DNA from: an uncultured Opitutales bacterium
Lineage (GTDB): Bacteria > Verrucomicrobiota > Verrucomicrobiia > Opitutales > UBA9783
Assembly (NCBI GenBank): GCA_964543635.1
Contig: CAZIZB010000001.1
Span: 1-34,041 of the forward strand
Reading direction: 5' to 3'
DNA length: 34,041 bases
Position numbers and translations under genes: made by a program. Positions within the stretch are counted from its first letter, which is position 1; each line of letters begins with the position of its first letter. Below, one piece after another: positions 6,166 to 17,626 of this stretch. The notes below the pieces were generated by a model. The model ran no database searches, was not told the DNA's origin, and saw nothing but the letters and a program-made list of their open reading frames with translations.

Positions 6166-9100
6166 ATGTCAAATCGTATCAATTTTGGAAAAATAAAAGA
6201 AGTGGTTCCGCCACCCGATTTAATAGGTTTGCAGTTGGCGTCCTACCGGGAATTTTTGCAAGCCGATGTATCTCCTAGTCAAAGGAAGAAGATAGGTTTA
6301 GAAGCTGTTTTTCAGGAGATTTTCCCTATAGAAAGTTATGACAATAAGTGTCGGTTGGAATATGTTTCTTACCAATTGATTGAACCAAAATTGTCAGATT
6401 ATGATTGTATTCGTGACGGAACAACCTATGCGGTTTCTTTGTATGTTACATTGCGTTTAAAAACGGAAGAAAGCGTGCAAGAAAGCGAAATTTACATGGG
6501 TGAAATTCCGTTGATGACGCCACGTGCTTCTTTTATTGTTAATGGAGCCGAAAGAGTTATCGTCAGTCAATTGCATCGTTCGCCTGGTATTTGTTTCGAA
6601 CAAGAGATGCATACGACGGGAAGAAATTTATATTCATTTCGTATTATTCCAGATCGTGGTACCTGGATTGAAGTTCAGTTCGATCCCAATGATTTGTTGT
6701 ATGTTTATTTGGATCGCCGCCGCCGCCGCCGTCGTTTCTTGATTACAACCTTTTTGCGTGCATTGGGTTTTAGTAGTGATATTGATATTTTAAATTTATT
6801 TTATAAGCCCGAAACTTTTTCTGTTGCTGACTTGTTAGGCAAGGAAGATCTTTCAGGTTATATTTTGGTTGAAGATGTTGTGGATGCGCAAAAGGGACTT
6901 GTTTTAGCACGTGCCTTTGAACCGGTTACCAAGACGGTTTTGCAAAGTTTTCAAGAATCGGGTATTGAGAGCGTTTTAGTCGTAGATAGTAGCAGCGATG
7001 ATGGTGTTATTATTCGTTGTTTAAAGAAAGATGTGGCTCCAAATGAAGAAGAGGCTTTGCGTGAAATTTTCAAGCGCTTGCGTCCTGGAGATCCAGCTAC
7101 TTTGCAAAATGCCCGAACCTTCTTCAAACGTTTGTTTTTTGATGAGAAGCGTTACGATTTGAGTCGCGTAGGCCGTTATCGTTTAAATGAAAAATTTGGT
7201 GAGTCTACATCGCTTAATAAGCGTTTATTACAACCAAGTGATATTGTTGCTGCAACACGCTATTTGTGTGGTTTACGCAAAGGTTTAGGCTTAGTGGATG
7301 ATATTGACCACTTGGGAAGCCGTCGCGTACGTCCTGTTGGAGAATTGTTATATCATCAATGCCGTTTGGGATTGTCGCGTACGGAACGTATTGTTCGTGA
7401 ACGTATGGCCCTTTATGATCAGACGGTTGATGCGGTTACGCCACAGCGTTTGATGAACACGAAAGCTTTGTCGACGGTTGTTCGCGACTTTTTTGCACGT
7501 AGCCAATTATCTCAATTAATGGATCAAATCAATCCATTGGCGGAATTGACGCACAAGCGTCGTTTGTCAGCTTTAGGACCTGGAGGTCTTAACCGTGATC
7601 GTGCAGGCTTAGAAGTTCGTGACGTTCATACTTCACACTATGGTCGTATTTGTCCAATTGAGACGCCGGAAGGACCGAATATCGGTTTGATCAATTCCTT
7701 AACAACGTATGCACACGTAAATGAGTTTGGCTTTATTGAGACACCTTATCGATTGGTACGCAAAGGTGTTGTTACGGATGAAGTTCATTATTTAACAGCT
7801 GAACAAGAAGAGCGCGAAGTGGTTGCCCAGGCCAATTCCAAGATGGACGAAAAGGGGCATTTAGATGGCCGCGTTACTGCTCGCAAACGTTTTGAAGCGG
7901 TTGAAGTCGATCCTAAAGAAGTAACTTATATGGACGTTTCGCCAAAGCAGTTGATTTCGGTTGCGACGGGCTTGATTCCTTTCTTAGAGCATGATGACGC
8001 GAGTCGTGCTTTGATGGGTTCCAACATGCAACGTCAAGGTGTTCCTTTGTTGAAGGCACAAGCGCCTTTAGTTGGAACGGGTTTAGAAGAGAAAGTTGCA
8101 CGCGATTCGAGAACCATTTTAGTGTCGGAATCCGATGGTATTGTAGCTGCTGTTGATGGTAAGCATATTGTAGTTACTTCGGATGGTAAAATGCCGGCGG
8201 TTCGTGGCGATAAGGTGCTTAAGACGGATGCTAAAAAAGGTATTTATGTTTACCATTTGTATAAATTCGTTCGTTCGAATGCGACGACTTGTTTTAATCA
8301 GAAGCCTTTAGTAAAGTTAGGAGAATCGGTTAAAGCAGGACAAGTTTTGGCGGATGGTGCTGCAACGGAAAATGGCGAATTGGCTTTAGGAAGCAATGTT
8401 TTGGTTGCTTATATGCCTTGGAATGGTTACAATTTTGAGGACGCTATTATTCTGAGTGAGCGTGTGGTTACAGAAGACGTCTTTACCTCGATACATATTG
8501 AAGAGTATGAGGTTGTTGCTCGTGATACCAAGTTAGGTGCTGAAGAAATTACGCGCGATATTCCAAATGTGGGTGAAGAAGCTCTGAAGAACTTAGATCG
8601 TAACGGTATCGTTCGTGTCGGTTCGGAAGTGTATCCCGGTGATATTTTAGTTGGAAAAATTACCCCAAAAAGTGAGACGGAATTAGCTCCGGAAGAGAAG
8701 TTATTGCGTGCGATTTTTGGTGAAAAAGCTGCGGATATTAAAGATTCTTCGATGTTGGCGCCTCCAGGGTGTACGGGTATTGTTATGGATGTTCGTACTT
8801 CGACGCATGCCGATAAGGGCGAGAGTGAAGAGGCTTCTAGCTCAATAGATCGTCGCCGTCAGCTTAAGAAAATTACTGAAGAGCAACGTGCCGCCAAGGA
8901 AAGTTTGCGCGAAAGCTTAACGGAAGCCTTATCGAATGTGCTTTTGGGTGAGAAGATTCCGTTGGATATTACTAATAGTGAGACCGGCGAGATTCTTATT
9001 CCTGCGAATCGTAAGATTACGAAAACTTTATTGCGTAAGTTGGCTTCTGTTCCGGATCAATTAGAAGTGGAACAATCTCCGGTGCGTATTAAGATTTTCG

Positions 9101-9963
9101 AGATTATTGGTCAATTTAAGAAGCAATTTGAAGCTTTAGATCAAGATTACGAAGCAAAAATTCAACGTTTGGATGCAGAAGAAGAAAGCGCGGGTGTTAT
9201 CAAGAGTGTTAAGGTTTTGATTGCCGTTAAGCGCAAGATCCAAGTGGGTGATAAGATGGCAGGACGTCACGGTAACAAAGGTGTTGTTTCGCGTGTAGTT
9301 CCCGTTCAAGATATGCCATTTTTGGCCGATGGAACGCCCGTTGACATTATTTTGAATCCGTTGGGTGTACCAAGTCGAATGAATATTGGTCAGGTTTTGG
9401 AAACGCACTTAGGATGGGCTTGTAAATTGCTTGGATTGAAGATTTCAACGCCGGTCTTTGATGGTGTTTCTGAGTTGACGATTCGTGAATTCTTACAAAA
9501 AGCAAACTTGCCTGAAAGTGGTAAAATTACTTTGTATGATGGTTGTACAGGTGATGCCTTTGCACAAAAAGTTGTGGTGGGTTGTACGTACATGATGAAG
9601 TTGAATCACTTGGTCGCAAACAAGATTCACGCACGTGCAGTTGGTCCTTATAGCTTGATTACGCAACAACCATTGGGTGGTAAAGCGCAATACGGTGGTC
9701 AGCGTTTCGGTGAAATGGAAGTTTGGGCTTTGGAAGCGTATGGTGCGGCTTATTCCTTGCAAGAATTGTTGACGGTTAAGTCGGACGATGTTCAAGGACG
9801 TACGCGTGTTTATGAAGCGATTGTCAAAGGTTATCATTCGTTACAAGCGGGAATTCCTCAATCTTTCAATGTTTTGGTAAAGGAAATGCAAGGTTTGTGT
9901 TTAGATGTAAAATTGGAATCTAAACAACAACAGTTCTTTGAAGATGTAAACCTCCAGGAATAA
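6166..9963 (+). CDS. rpoB: DNA-directed RNA polymerase subunit beta
   Basis: 1265 aa. Motifs ...GDKMAGRHGNKGVVS..., NPLGVPSRMNIGQ, RFGEMEVWALEAYGAAY. Confidence 0.99.
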   Translation: MSNRINFGKIKEVVPPPDLIGLQLASYREFLQADVSPSQRKKIGLEAVFQEIFPIESYDNKCRLEYVSYQLIEPKLSDYDCIRDGTTYAVSLYVTLRLKTEESVQESEIYMGEIPLMTPRASFIVNGAERVIVSQLHRSPGICFEQEMHTTGRNLYSFRIIPDRGTWIEVQFDPNDLLYVYLDRRRRRRRFLITTFLRALGFSSDIDILNLFYKPETFSVADLLGKEDLSGYILVEDVVDAQKGLVLARAFEPVTKTVLQSFQESGIESVLVVDSSSDDGVIIRCLKKDVAPNEEEALREIFKRLRPGDPATLQNARTFFKRLFFDEKRYDLSRVGRYRLNEKFGESTSLNKRLLQPSDIVAATRYLCGLRKGLGLVDDIDHLGSRRVRPVGELLYHQCRLGLSRTERIVRERMALYDQTVDAVTPQRLMNTKALSTVVRDFFARSQLSQLMDQINPLAELTHKRRLSALGPGGLNRDRAGLEVRDVHTSHYGRICPIETPEGPNIGLINSLTTYAHVNEFGFIETPYRLVRKGVVTDEVHYLTAEQEEREVVAQANSKMDEKGHLDGRVTARKRFEAVEVDPKEVTYMDVSPKQLISVATGLIPFLEHDDASRALMGSNMQRQGVPLLKAQAPLVGTGLEEKVARDSRTILVSESDGIVAAVDGKHIVVTSDGKMPAVRGDKVLKTDAKKGIYVYHLYKFVRSNATTCFNQKPLVKLGESVKAGQVLADGAATENGELALGSNVLVAYMPWNGYNFEDAIILSERVVTEDVFTSIHIEEYEVVARDTKLGAEEITRDIPNVGEEALKNLDRNGIVRVGSEVYPGDILVGKITPKSETELAPEEKLLRAIFGEKAADIKDSSMLAPPGCTGIVMDVRTSTHADKGESEEASSSIDRRRQLKKITEEQRAAKESLRESLTEALSNVLLGEKIPLDITNSETGEILIPANRKITKTLLRKLASVPDQLEVEQSPVRIKIFEIIGQFKKQFEALDQDYEAKIQRLDAEEESAGVIKSVKVLIAVKRKIQVGDKMAGRHGNKGVVSRVVPVQDMPFLADGTPVDIILNPLGVPSRMNIGQVLETHLGWACKLLGLKISTPVFDGVSELTIREFLQKANLPESGKITLYDGCTGDAFAQKVVVGCTYMMKLNHLVANKIHARAVGPYSLITQQPLGGKAQYGGQRFGEMEVWALEAYGAAYSLQELLTVKSDDVQGRTRVYEAIVKGYHSLQAGIPQSFNVLVKEMQGLCLDVKLESKQQQFFEDVNLQE

Positions 9964-9967
9964 TTAT

Positions 9968-12900
9968 ATGGCTAAAGAAGAAGTTCGAGAAGTATTAGGG
10001 TTCGAAGAGGAGCCAACATTTGATGCGGTAAGTATTGCGGTGGCTTCTCCAGATGCCATTCGTCAATGGTCAAAAGGTGAAGTTAAAAATCCGGAAACGA
10101 TTAATTATCGTACCTACAAGCCAGAACCAGGCGGTTTATTTTGCCAAAAAATCTTTGGTCCTGTTCGCGATTACGAATGTGCTTGTGGTAAGTATAAGCG
10201 TATTAAGTACAAAGGTGTTGTTTGCGATCGTTGCGGTGTGGAAGTTACCTTGTCGCGTGTTCGTCGTGAATGGATGGGGCACATTGAATTGGCTGTTCCG
10301 GTTGCACACATCTGGTTTTTGAAGACCATGCCAAGTCGTTTTGGTCTGTTATTAGGTATGACCATGCGCGATTTGGAACGGGTTATTTATTACGAAAATT
10401 ACATCGTTATTGATTCGGGTAGCACTTCGTTGGAAGAACGTCAATTGTTGACAGAACATGAGTATCAAGCCGCTCAAGAAGAGTTCGGTGAGGATGCTTT
10501 TGTGGCTAAAATGGGTGCAGAAGCTATTAAGGATTTGTTGCAAAAGCTTGATTTAGAGAGCGAAATTTCAGCAATTCAAATGGAAATTGCGAATACCAAG
10601 TCTAAGCAAGTTAAGAAAAAGTTAGCCAAGCGTTTAAAGATTGTTAATGGTTTTATTAATTCGGGTGCTTTGCCGGAATGGATGGTCTTGGATGTTATTC
10701 CTGTTATTCCACCGGATTTGCGTCCTTTAATTCCATTAGAAGGTGGCCGTTTTGCTACAAGTGACTTGAATGATTTATATCGTCGTGTTATTAATCGTAA
10801 CAATCGTTTACGTAATTTGTTACAGTTGAAGACGCCTGATGTTATTATTCATAACGAAAAGCGCATGTTGCAGGAAGCTGTAGATGCTTTGTTTGACAAT
10901 GGTCGTCATGGAACACGTCCGGTTACGGGTTCAGCAAATCGTCCTTTAAAGTCTCTGAGCGACATGTTGAAGGGAAAACAAGGTCGTTTTCGTCAAAATC
11001 TTTTAGGTAAACGTGTTGATTACAGTGGACGTTCGGTAATTGTTATTGGGCCAGATTTGAAGCTTCATCAGTGCGGTTTGCCAAAGAAAATGGCGCTTGT
11101 ACTTTTTGAGCCCTTTATTATCTGTCGTTTGAAAGAGTTAGGGTTTGCGCATACGGTTCGTGCCGCTCGTAGAATGATTGAAAATCGTTCGCCAGAAGTT
11201 TGGGATATTTTGGCGGAAGTTGTTAAAGGTCATCCGGTTCTTTTGAATCGTGCGCCATCCTTGCACCGTCTTTCGATTCAAGCCTTTGAGCCTATTTTGA
11301 TTGAAGGGGAAGCGATTCGTTTGCATCCGCTCGTTTGTTCTGCTTTTAACGCGGACTTTGATGGTGACCAAATGGCGGTACACGTTCCTTTATCGACAGA
11401 AGCTATTTTGGAAGCTCGTTTGTTGATGCTTTCAACGAATAACATGTTTGCGCCTTCGAGTGGAAAGCCAGTTTTAACTCCATCGCAAGATATTGTTTTG
11501 GGAATGTACTTTTTGACGGCAGAAACCAAGGCAAAACCTGCAAAATCTGAACGTGTAACGATCGTTGGAAGTGGACAAGAAGCCTTGCGTATTGAATCCG
11601 AAGGTGTTCTTTCCTTGCATGATTGGGTTGACATGCCAAATCCTGATTTTGGAAAGGAAACAAAGTTTGGTTTGGCGAAGGAAAAATACATTCGTACAAC
11701 GATCGGTCGTGTTTTATTCAATACCATTTGGCCGGAAGGTATGGGTTTTGTTAACGATGCGGTTGATAATGGAAAGCTTTCGGAATTAATTGCTGCGACT
11801 TATAATTTGGCTGATCAAGCTAAGGCGGTTGAAGTATTGGATGATTTGAAGCAGTTAGGTTTTGCGATGGCTACAAAATTAGGAGCTTCTATTGGTATTG
11901 ATGATATGTTGGTACCAGGCGAAAAAGCTGCTATTATTGAAAAGAGCCGCAAAAAGATTAAGGAAGTTGAAAATCAGTTTAAGCGTGGTATTATTACGGA
12001 TGGTGAACGCTACAGTAAGGTTGTTGATGTTTGGTCAAGTGCAACCGATGAAATTGCTAAAATTGCGTTTAAAGGCCTAGAAGATGCCAATTCAAAAGAG
12101 TTGAATTCGGTTTATATGATGATGACTTCAGGGGCTCGTGGTAACAAGCAACAGGTTCGTCAGTTGTGTGGAGCTCGTGGTTTGATGGCCAAGCCGTCTG
12201 GAGAAATTATTGAACAGCCGATTTTATCTTCTTTCCGAGAAGGTTTGAATGTATTGGAATACTTTATTTCAACGCACGGAGCTCGTAAAGGTATGGCAGA
12301 TACGGCTTTGAAGACAGCTGATGCGGGTTACTTGACACGTAAGTTGTGTGACGTTGCTATGGACTGTATTGTTGAAAAAGGCGATGATCGGCTAGATTTC
12401 AACAAGGGTGTTTGGAAGCAAGCGATCTACGAGGGTGACGAAGAAATTGTTAAGTTGTCTGAGCGTATTGTAGGTCGTTGTTCTTGCGACGATGTTATCA
12501 ATCCAATCAATCCAGAAGAGGTTATTATTCGTCGCGGAGAAGTGATTTCGGAAGAACAAAGCAAGCGTGTAGATGCCTTAGGAATTGATCGTATTAAAGT
12601 TCTTTCGCCATTGACGCATATGCAGAAAAATACAATGCCTGCACGCGCTTATGGTTTGGATCCTTCAACGCACGAATTGGTAAAAGAAGGAACTTCGATT
12701 GGTATTATTGCTGCTCAATCCATTGGTGAGCCAGGTACTCAGTTGACCTTACGTACCTTCCACGTTGGAGGTGTTGCAAGTCAGGTGTTGAAGTCTCCTG
12801 AAATTCGTGTAAAACATTCGGGTCGTGTTAAGTATGATGGCTTGCGTATTGTAAAAACAGGCGATAATGCAACTATTGTTTTGAATAAAACAGGCGTTGT

Positions 12901-14095
12901 ACGCATTGTTTCTGAGGATCACAGGGATTTGGAAGTGATTCATATTTATGCCGGTTCGCTTTTGACCGTTGAAGATGGTGGTTATATCGAGAAAGACAGT
13001 GTGCTTGCCATGTGGGATTTGCACAATATTCCGATTTTATCTGAAAAAGGTGGTTTGGTGCGCTTTAAGGATATGATGCCAGGGATTACGATGCGTCGGT
13101 CTATTGATAATTCAAGCGGTCAAGCTTTAGGGATTATTATTGAACACCAAGAAGACTTGAATCCATCGGTTGAGGTTATGGATCCAGAAGATTCGACGAA
13201 GGTGTTGGCAACGTATGCAATTCCAGTGGGTGCGCAGGTTATCGTTAATGAGGGGGATGAAATTTATCCAGGTGCCTTGTTAGCAAAAACGCCACGTTCT
13301 GCAGCTAAAACACAAGATATTACGGGTGGTTTGCCACGTGTTGCGGAATTGTTTGAAGCGCGTCGTCCAAAAGAGGTTGCAGAAATTGCACGTATGGATG
13401 GTGTGGTTTCTTTGTCAGGTATGTCTCGTGGTAAAAAGCGTATGATTATCACCAATACCGATACGGATGAAACCGAAGAACATTTGGTGCCTCATGGTAA
13501 ACAAATGGTTGTTCAGCCAGGTGATTTTGTAAAGAAGGGACAACTCTTGACTGAAGGTGCTGCCGATCCGCATGAAATATTGGCGGTATTGGGTGTGCAT
13601 GCTTTGCAAGAATATTTGCTTTCGGAAATTCAAAAAGTTTACCGTTTGCAGGGGGTAGTCATCAATGATAAGCACTTGGAAGTTATTATTGCGCGTATGT
13701 TGAGTAAAGTGCGTGTGGTAGATCCAGGTGACACGGAATATTTCTGGGGAGAACAAGTCGATCGTTTTGATTTCTTAGAGATGAACGAGAAGATTTTGGA
13801 GGCCGGAGGAAAACCAGCGGAAGGTGAGCCTGTCTTGTTGGGAATTACAAAAGCTTCGTTAGAGACTGATAGTTTCATTTCTGCTGCTTCTTTCCAAGAA
13901 ACGACACGAGTTTTGACGGAAGCTGCAACATTGGGTAAGAAAGATGCCCTAACCGGATTTAAGGAGAATGTGATTATGGGTAACTTGATTCCTGCAGGAA
14001 CAGGTATGCCGCAATACCGTCATATGCTCATTAAAACCTGTGAAGAAGCACAATCGGAACAACAAACATGTGAGGAGGTAGCTTCAGAAGCTTAA
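9968..14095 (+). CDS. rpoC: DNA-directed RNA polymerase subunit beta'
   Basis: 1375 aa. N-terminal Zn site CACGKYK...CDRCGVEV. Catalytic [12 protein letters not shown]. Trigger-loop insertion between TFHVGG and DITGGLPRV. Confidence 0.99.
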   Translation: MAKEEVREVLGFEEEPTFDAVSIAVASPDAIRQWSKGEVKNPETINYRTYKPEPGGLFCQKIFGPVRDYECACGKYKRIKYKGVVCDRCGVEVTLSRVRREWMGHIELAVPVAHIWFLKTMPSRFGLLLGMTMRDLERVIYYENYIVIDSGSTSLEERQLLTEHEYQAAQEEFGEDAFVAKMGAEAIKDLLQKLDLESEISAIQMEIANTKSKQVKKKLAKRLKIVNGFINSGALPEWMVLDVIPVIPPDLRPLIPLEGGRFATSDLNDLYRRVINRNNRLRNLLQLKTPDVIIHNEKRMLQEAVDALFDNGRHGTRPVTGSANRPLKSLSDMLKGKQGRFRQNLLGKRVDYSGRSVIVIGPDLKLHQCGLPKKMALVLFEPFIICRLKELGFAHTVRAARRMIENRSPEVWDILAEVVKGHPVLLNRAPSLHRLSIQAFEPILIEGEAIRLHPLVCSAFNADFDGDQMAVHVPLSTEAILEARLLMLSTNNMFAPSSGKPVLTPSQDIVLGMYFLTAETKAKPAKSERVTIVGSGQEALRIESEGVLSLHDWVDMPNPDFGKETKFGLAKEKYIRTTIGRVLFNTIWPEGMGFVNDAVDNGKLSELIAATYNLADQAKAVEVLDDLKQLGFAMATKLGASIGIDDMLVPGEKAAIIEKSRKKIKEVENQFKRGIITDGERYSKVVDVWSSATDEIAKIAFKGLEDANSKELNSVYMMMTSGARGNKQQVRQLCGARGLMAKPSGEIIEQPILSSFREGLNVLEYFISTHGARKGMADTALKTADAGYLTRKLCDVAMDCIVEKGDDRLDFNKGVWKQAIYEGDEEIVKLSERIVGRCSCDDVINPINPEEVIIRRGEVISEEQSKRVDALGIDRIKVLSPLTHMQKNTMPARAYGLDPSTHELVKEGTSIGIIAAQSIGEPGTQLTLRTFHVGGVASQVLKSPEIRVKHSGRVKYDGLRIVKTGDNATIVLNKTGVVRIVSEDHRDLEVIHIYAGSLLTVEDGGYIEKDSVLAMWDLHNIPILSEKGGLVRFKDMMPGITMRRSIDNSSGQALGIIIEHQEDLNPSVEVMDPEDSTKVLATYAIPVGAQVIVNEGDEIYPGALLAKTPRSAAKTQDITGGLPRVAELFEARRPKEVAEIARMDGVVSLSGMSRGKKRMIITNTDTDETEEHLVPHGKQMVVQPGDFVKKGQLLTEGAADPHEILAVLGVHALQEYLLSEIQKVYRLQGVVINDKHLEVIIARMLSKVRVVDPGDTEYFWGEQVDRFDFLEMNEKILEAGGKPAEGEPVLLGITKASLETDSFISAASFQETTRVLTEAATLGKKDALTGFKENVIMGNLIPAGTGMPQYRHMLIKTCEEAQSEQQTCEEVASEA

Positions 14096-14102
14096 CAAAT
14101 GT

Positions 14103-14141
14103 GGGTGCAAGGTTGTTTTTTTGAAAAAAAATCTTGCATCC
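14103..14141 (+). terminator. long stem-loop just after the rpoC stop (possible processing/attenuation site; not a canonical intrinsic terminator)
   Basis: gggtgcaag (14103-14111) pairs with cttgcatcc (14133-14141). The interior T7/A8 tracts extend the helix to about 17 bp with one mismatch. No T-run lies directly 3' of the stem. Confidence 0.35.
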
Positions 14142-14180
14142 TGTTACAGTAACTTTAATTTTTTTGGTAATAGATATAAA

Positions 14181-14564
14181 ATGCCTACAATTAATCAATT
14201 AATCGTAAAACCGAGGACGAAAGTTAGTTCGAAATCAAAAGCACCTGCTTTGGGTAAGAATCCTTTTAAGCGTGGTGTGTGTATTCAAGTAATGACACGT
14301 ACGCCTAAGAAGCCTAATTCGGCTGTGCGTAAGGTAACAAAAGTACGTTTGACGAATGGTTCAGAAGTGATTGCTTATATCCCTGATGAGGGGCATAATT
14401 TGCAAGAGCACAGTGTTGTTCTTGTTCGTGGTGGACGTGTTCCGGATTTGCCCGGTGTTCGTTACCATGTTGTTCGTGGGGCATTGGATTCACAAGGTGT
14501 TGAAAAGAGACGTCGTAGTCGTTCGAAGTATGGCGTTCAACGTCCAAAGGATAGTAAGAAATAA
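14181..14564 (+). CDS. rpsL: 30S ribosomal protein S12
   Basis: 127 aa from ATG 14181 (MPTINQLI..., the canonical S12 N-terminus). ...[11 protein letters not shown]... The track start at 14121 (TTG) is rejected. Confidence 0.97.
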   Translation: MPTINQLIVKPRTKVSSKSKAPALGKNPFKRGVCIQVMTRTPKKPNSAVRKVTKVRLTNGSEVIAYIPDEGHNLQEHSVVLVRGGRVPDLPGVRYHVVRGALDSQGVEKRRRSRSKYGVQRPKDSKK

Positions 14565-14576
14565 TAAGGTTGTTTT

Positions 14577-15050
14577 ATGGCACGTCGTAGAAGAGCAGAA
14601 CGTAGAGAAATAAAAGAAGATCCACGCTATAAAAGTGTTTTGGTGGAACAATTGACGAATCGTGTTATGCGTTGTGGAAAGAAATCCTTAGCGCGTCGTA
14701 TTGTTTACGGAGCCATTGAGCGCGTAAGCGAAAACTTGGGAAAGGGAGATCCAATGGATTTCTTGTTGGCCGCTTTGGAAAACATTCGTCCAAAATTGGA
14801 GGTAAAGAGTCGTCGTGTCGGCGGTGCCACCTATCAAGTTCCAATGGAGGTTCCTTATCAACGTCAGGTTGGTTTGGCTTTTCGTTGGTTAGTTCAAGCC
14901 GCAAATAAGCGCAAAGGTGCTATGTTGGAAGGTCTTGCAAATGAAATTATAGATGCTTACAACAATACCGGTGAAGTCGTTAAAAAGAAGGATGAAGTAC
15001 ATCGTATGGCCCAAGCCAATCGTGCTTTTGCTCATTTGCGTTGGTCTTAA
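14577..15050 (+). CDS. rpsG: 30S ribosomal protein S7
   Basis: 157 aa. MARRRRAE..., ...GGATYQVPMEV..., ends ...ANRAFAHLRWS. Confidence 0.98.
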   Translation: MARRRRAERREIKEDPRYKSVLVEQLTNRVMRCGKKSLARRIVYGAIERVSENLGKGDPMDFLLAALENIRPKLEVKSRRVGGATYQVPMEVPYQRQVGLAFRWLVQAANKRKGAMLEGLANEIIDAYNNTGEVVKKKDEVHRMAQANRAFAHLRWS

Positions 15051-15065
15051 TTGAGGGGTTGATTT

Positions 15066-17213
15066 ATGAGTCAGGAACTTTCTTCAGCAAATTCGCCGCA
15101 GCGTAAAAATCCATTAGAATACTTAAGAAATATTGGAATTGCTGCGCATATTGATGCCGGAAAAACAACGACAACGGAGCGTATCTTGTTTTATACGGGT
15201 GTCGTTCATAAAATGGGGGAGGTCCATGAAGGGGCCGCTACGACCGACTGGATGGAGCAGGAACGTGAGCGTGGTATTACCATTACGTCTGCTGCTATTA
15301 GTTGCGATTGGACGAACAAGGCTGGTTTATTTCCCAATATCCATCATCGTATTAATATTATTGATACACCAGGGCACGTTGATTTTACGGCGGAAGTAGA
15401 ACGTTCGTTGCGTGTTTTAGATGGTGCGGTAGCTGTATTTTGTGCCGTTGCCGGTGTTCAGCCACAATCTGAGACCGTTTGGCGTCAAATGGACAAGTAT
15501 CGTGTACCACGTTTGGCTTACATTAACAAGATGGACCGTACGGGTGCAAACTTTTTGGGTGCTGTTAATGACATTCGTGAAAAGTTGGGCGGAAATGCTT
15601 ATCCTTTGTTTTTAAATATTGGTGCCGAGGATCAATTTAAGGGGCTTATCGATCTTATTGAGGAGAGAGCTTATATTTATGACGAAACTGATCCAAAGGG
15701 AATGCGTTATGATGTGGTTGATATTCCTGCAGAATACAAGGATGATGCTAAGCATTGGCGCGAGTCTTTGATTGAAGGTTTGGCGGATTTGGATGATGAC
15801 ATTGCCACTAAATTCTTGGAAGGTGAAGCGATTTCGTCTGAAGATTTAAGAAAGGCTATTCGTAAAGCAACATTGGCCTTGAAGTTTATTGGTGTTATCC
15901 CAGGAAGTTCCTTTAAGAATAAGGGAATTCAGATGGTGCTTGATTCGGTTGTTGATTATTTGCCGAGCCCATTAGATTTGCCACCAATGACTGGTGAACG
16001 TGATGGTGAAAAGCTGGAAATCGAGTCCAATGATAACCATGCGCCTGTTGGTTTGGCTTTCAAATTGATGACGGATCCTTTCGTTGGAAAGTTAATTTTC
16101 TACCGTGTTTATGCGGGTGTTGTGCGCAAAGGTATGGTTTTGTATAATCCTCGTACGCGCAAACAAGAACGTGTTAGCCGTTTGGTTGTTATGAAGGCTA
16201 ATGAACGTTTGGATGTGGAAGAAGCTTATTCGGGAGACATTTGTGCATTGATTGGTCCACGTGAAGTTGTAACGGGTGATACCTTGTGCGACAAAGAATT
16301 GAATGTATACTTGGAGCCACCAACATTCCCAGAACCGGTTATTAGTATGTCGATTGAGCCAAAAACAAAGTCAGACCAAGAAAAATTGTCGATTGGTTTG
16401 CAACGTTTGGCTGAAGAAGATCCGACTTTCCGCGTAAGTTCAAATCAGGAAACTGGACAAACCTTGATTTCTGGAATGGGTGAATTGCATTTGGATATTA
16501 TTCGTGATCGCTTGTTCCGTGAATTTAAGGTAGAAGCGGATGCGGGTCGTCCTCAAATTGCTTATCGTGAAACCATTATGCAAGCCGCAGAAGGTGAAGG
16601 TAAGTTCATTCGTCAAACAGGTGGTCATGGACAGTACGGTCACGTTATCATCAAAATCGAGCCACTTGAAAAAGGTAAAGGCATCGAGGTTGTTAACGAG
16701 ATTGTTGGAGGTGCTATTCCGAAAGAATTCATTAAGCCAACGCAAGAAGGTTTGATGGAAGGTGCTCAGAATGGTGTTGTTGCCGGGTATCCTGTGGTTG
16801 ATTTTAGAATTCGTATTGTTGACGGAAGTTTCCACGAAGTTGACTCTTCTGAATTGGCCTTTAAGATGGCTGGAATTTTTGCCTTTAAAGATGCAATGAA
16901 AAAGGCAAGTCCTATCTTGTTAGAGCCCATCATGAAGGTTGAAGTTACGACTCCTGATGAGTATCAAGGTGATATTATGGGTGATATTAATCGTCGTAGA
17001 GGTCAAATTCAGGGAATGGAAAGCAAGGGAAATGCAACAATTGTGAGTGCTTTTGTACCATTAGAGATGATGTTTGGTTATGCAACCGATATTCGTTCTT
17101 TAACAAAAGGTCGTGCTTCTTATTCGATGGAGCCTTCACATTTTGAGCAAGTACCTTCGAGTTTGTTGAGTAAAATAGTTGAGACGGTGTCGCGTGCGCC
17201 TGCTCGTTCTTAA
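15066..17213 (+). CDS. fusA: translation elongation factor G
   Basis: 715 aa. [19 protein letters not shown], canonical [21 protein letters not shown]. Confidence 0.98.
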   Translation: MSQELSSANSPQRKNPLEYLRNIGIAAHIDAGKTTTTERILFYTGVVHKMGEVHEGAATTDWMEQERERGITITSAAISCDWTNKAGLFPNIHHRINIIDTPGHVDFTAEVERSLRVLDGAVAVFCAVAGVQPQSETVWRQMDKYRVPRLAYINKMDRTGANFLGAVNDIREKLGGNAYPLFLNIGAEDQFKGLIDLIEERAYIYDETDPKGMRYDVVDIPAEYKDDAKHWRESLIEGLADLDDDIATKFLEGEAISSEDLRKAIRKATLALKFIGVIPGSSFKNKGIQMVLDSVVDYLPSPLDLPPMTGERDGEKLEIESNDNHAPVGLAFKLMTDPFVGKLIFYRVYAGVVRKGMVLYNPRTRKQERVSRLVVMKANERLDVEEAYSGDICALIGPREVVTGDTLCDKELNVYLEPPTFPEPVISMSIEPKTKSDQEKLSIGLQRLAEEDPTFRVSSNQETGQTLISGMGELHLDIIRDRLFREFKVEADAGRPQIAYRETIMQAAEGEGKFIRQTGGHGQYGHVIIKIEPLEKGKGIEVVNEIVGGAIPKEFIKPTQEGLMEGAQNGVVAGYPVVDFRIRIVDGSFHEVDSSELAFKMAGIFAFKDAMKKASPILLEPIMKVEVTTPDEYQGDIMGDINRRRGQIQGMESKGNATIVSAFVPLEMMFGYATDIRSLTKGRASYSMEPSHFEQVPSSLLSKIVETVSRAPARS

Positions 17214-17231
17214 TCCTTAATATTTAAAAAA

Positions 17232-17540
17232 ATGACGGGACAAAAAATTAGAATAAAATTAAGAGGGTTCGATTATCGTACGGTTGATCAGTCTACGTTT
17301 GATATTGTCGATACGGCAAAACGTTCGGGTTCGCGTGTCTGCGGCCCTATCCCTTTGCCGACAAAAATTGAGCGTTTTTCTGTTAATCGTTCGCCTCACG
17401 TAAACAAAAAGTCAATGGATCAGTTTGAGTTGCGTACGCATTGCCGATTGATCGTAATTGAGGATCCAACACCACAGACAGTTGACGACTTGAAAAAGTT
17501 GAATTTGCCTGCAGGTATTGAAATTTCGATACATCTTTAA
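17232..17540 (+). CDS. rpsJ: 30S ribosomal protein S10
   Basis: 102 aa. ...[17 protein letters not shown]..., ...GPIPLPTK... Confidence 0.98.
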   Translation: MTGQKIRIKLRGFDYRTVDQSTFDIVDTAKRSGSRVCGPIPLPTKIERFSVNRSPHVNKKSMDQFELRTHCRLIVIEDPTPQTVDDLKKLNLPAGIEISIHL

Positions 17541-17626
17541 TTTTTTAATTGACAGAAAAAAAATAAACAGATTGAGTCTAATGCAGGTTATATAGAAAGT
17601 GTGGAGATTACCTGCCGCTTAGTGTT

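Noticed and set aside
6524-6742. Plus-strand 72-aa ORF ending in AAAAVVS
   Set aside because: It is out of frame inside rpoB. Its alanine run is just the (CGC)n repeat read in another frame.
7913-13878. Numerous antisense or out-of-frame ORFs inside rpoB and rpoC (e.g. 9493..9837, 11278..11727, 13415..13756)
   Set aside because: All are embedded in the RNAP subunit genes, have no independent start signals, and have compositions typical of antisense frames.
14121-14180. N-terminal extension of rpsL from TTG 14121 (track ORF)
   Set aside because: The canonical S12 N-terminus MPTINQLI begins at ATG 14181. The extension would run through the rpoC-rpsL stem-loop and spacer.
17549-17554. TTGACA hexamer in the rpsJ-rplC spacer, as a possible internal promoter
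   Set aside because: There is no acceptable -10 hexamer at 16-19 nt spacing (TTGAGT/TGAGTC). TATATA lies 34 nt away.
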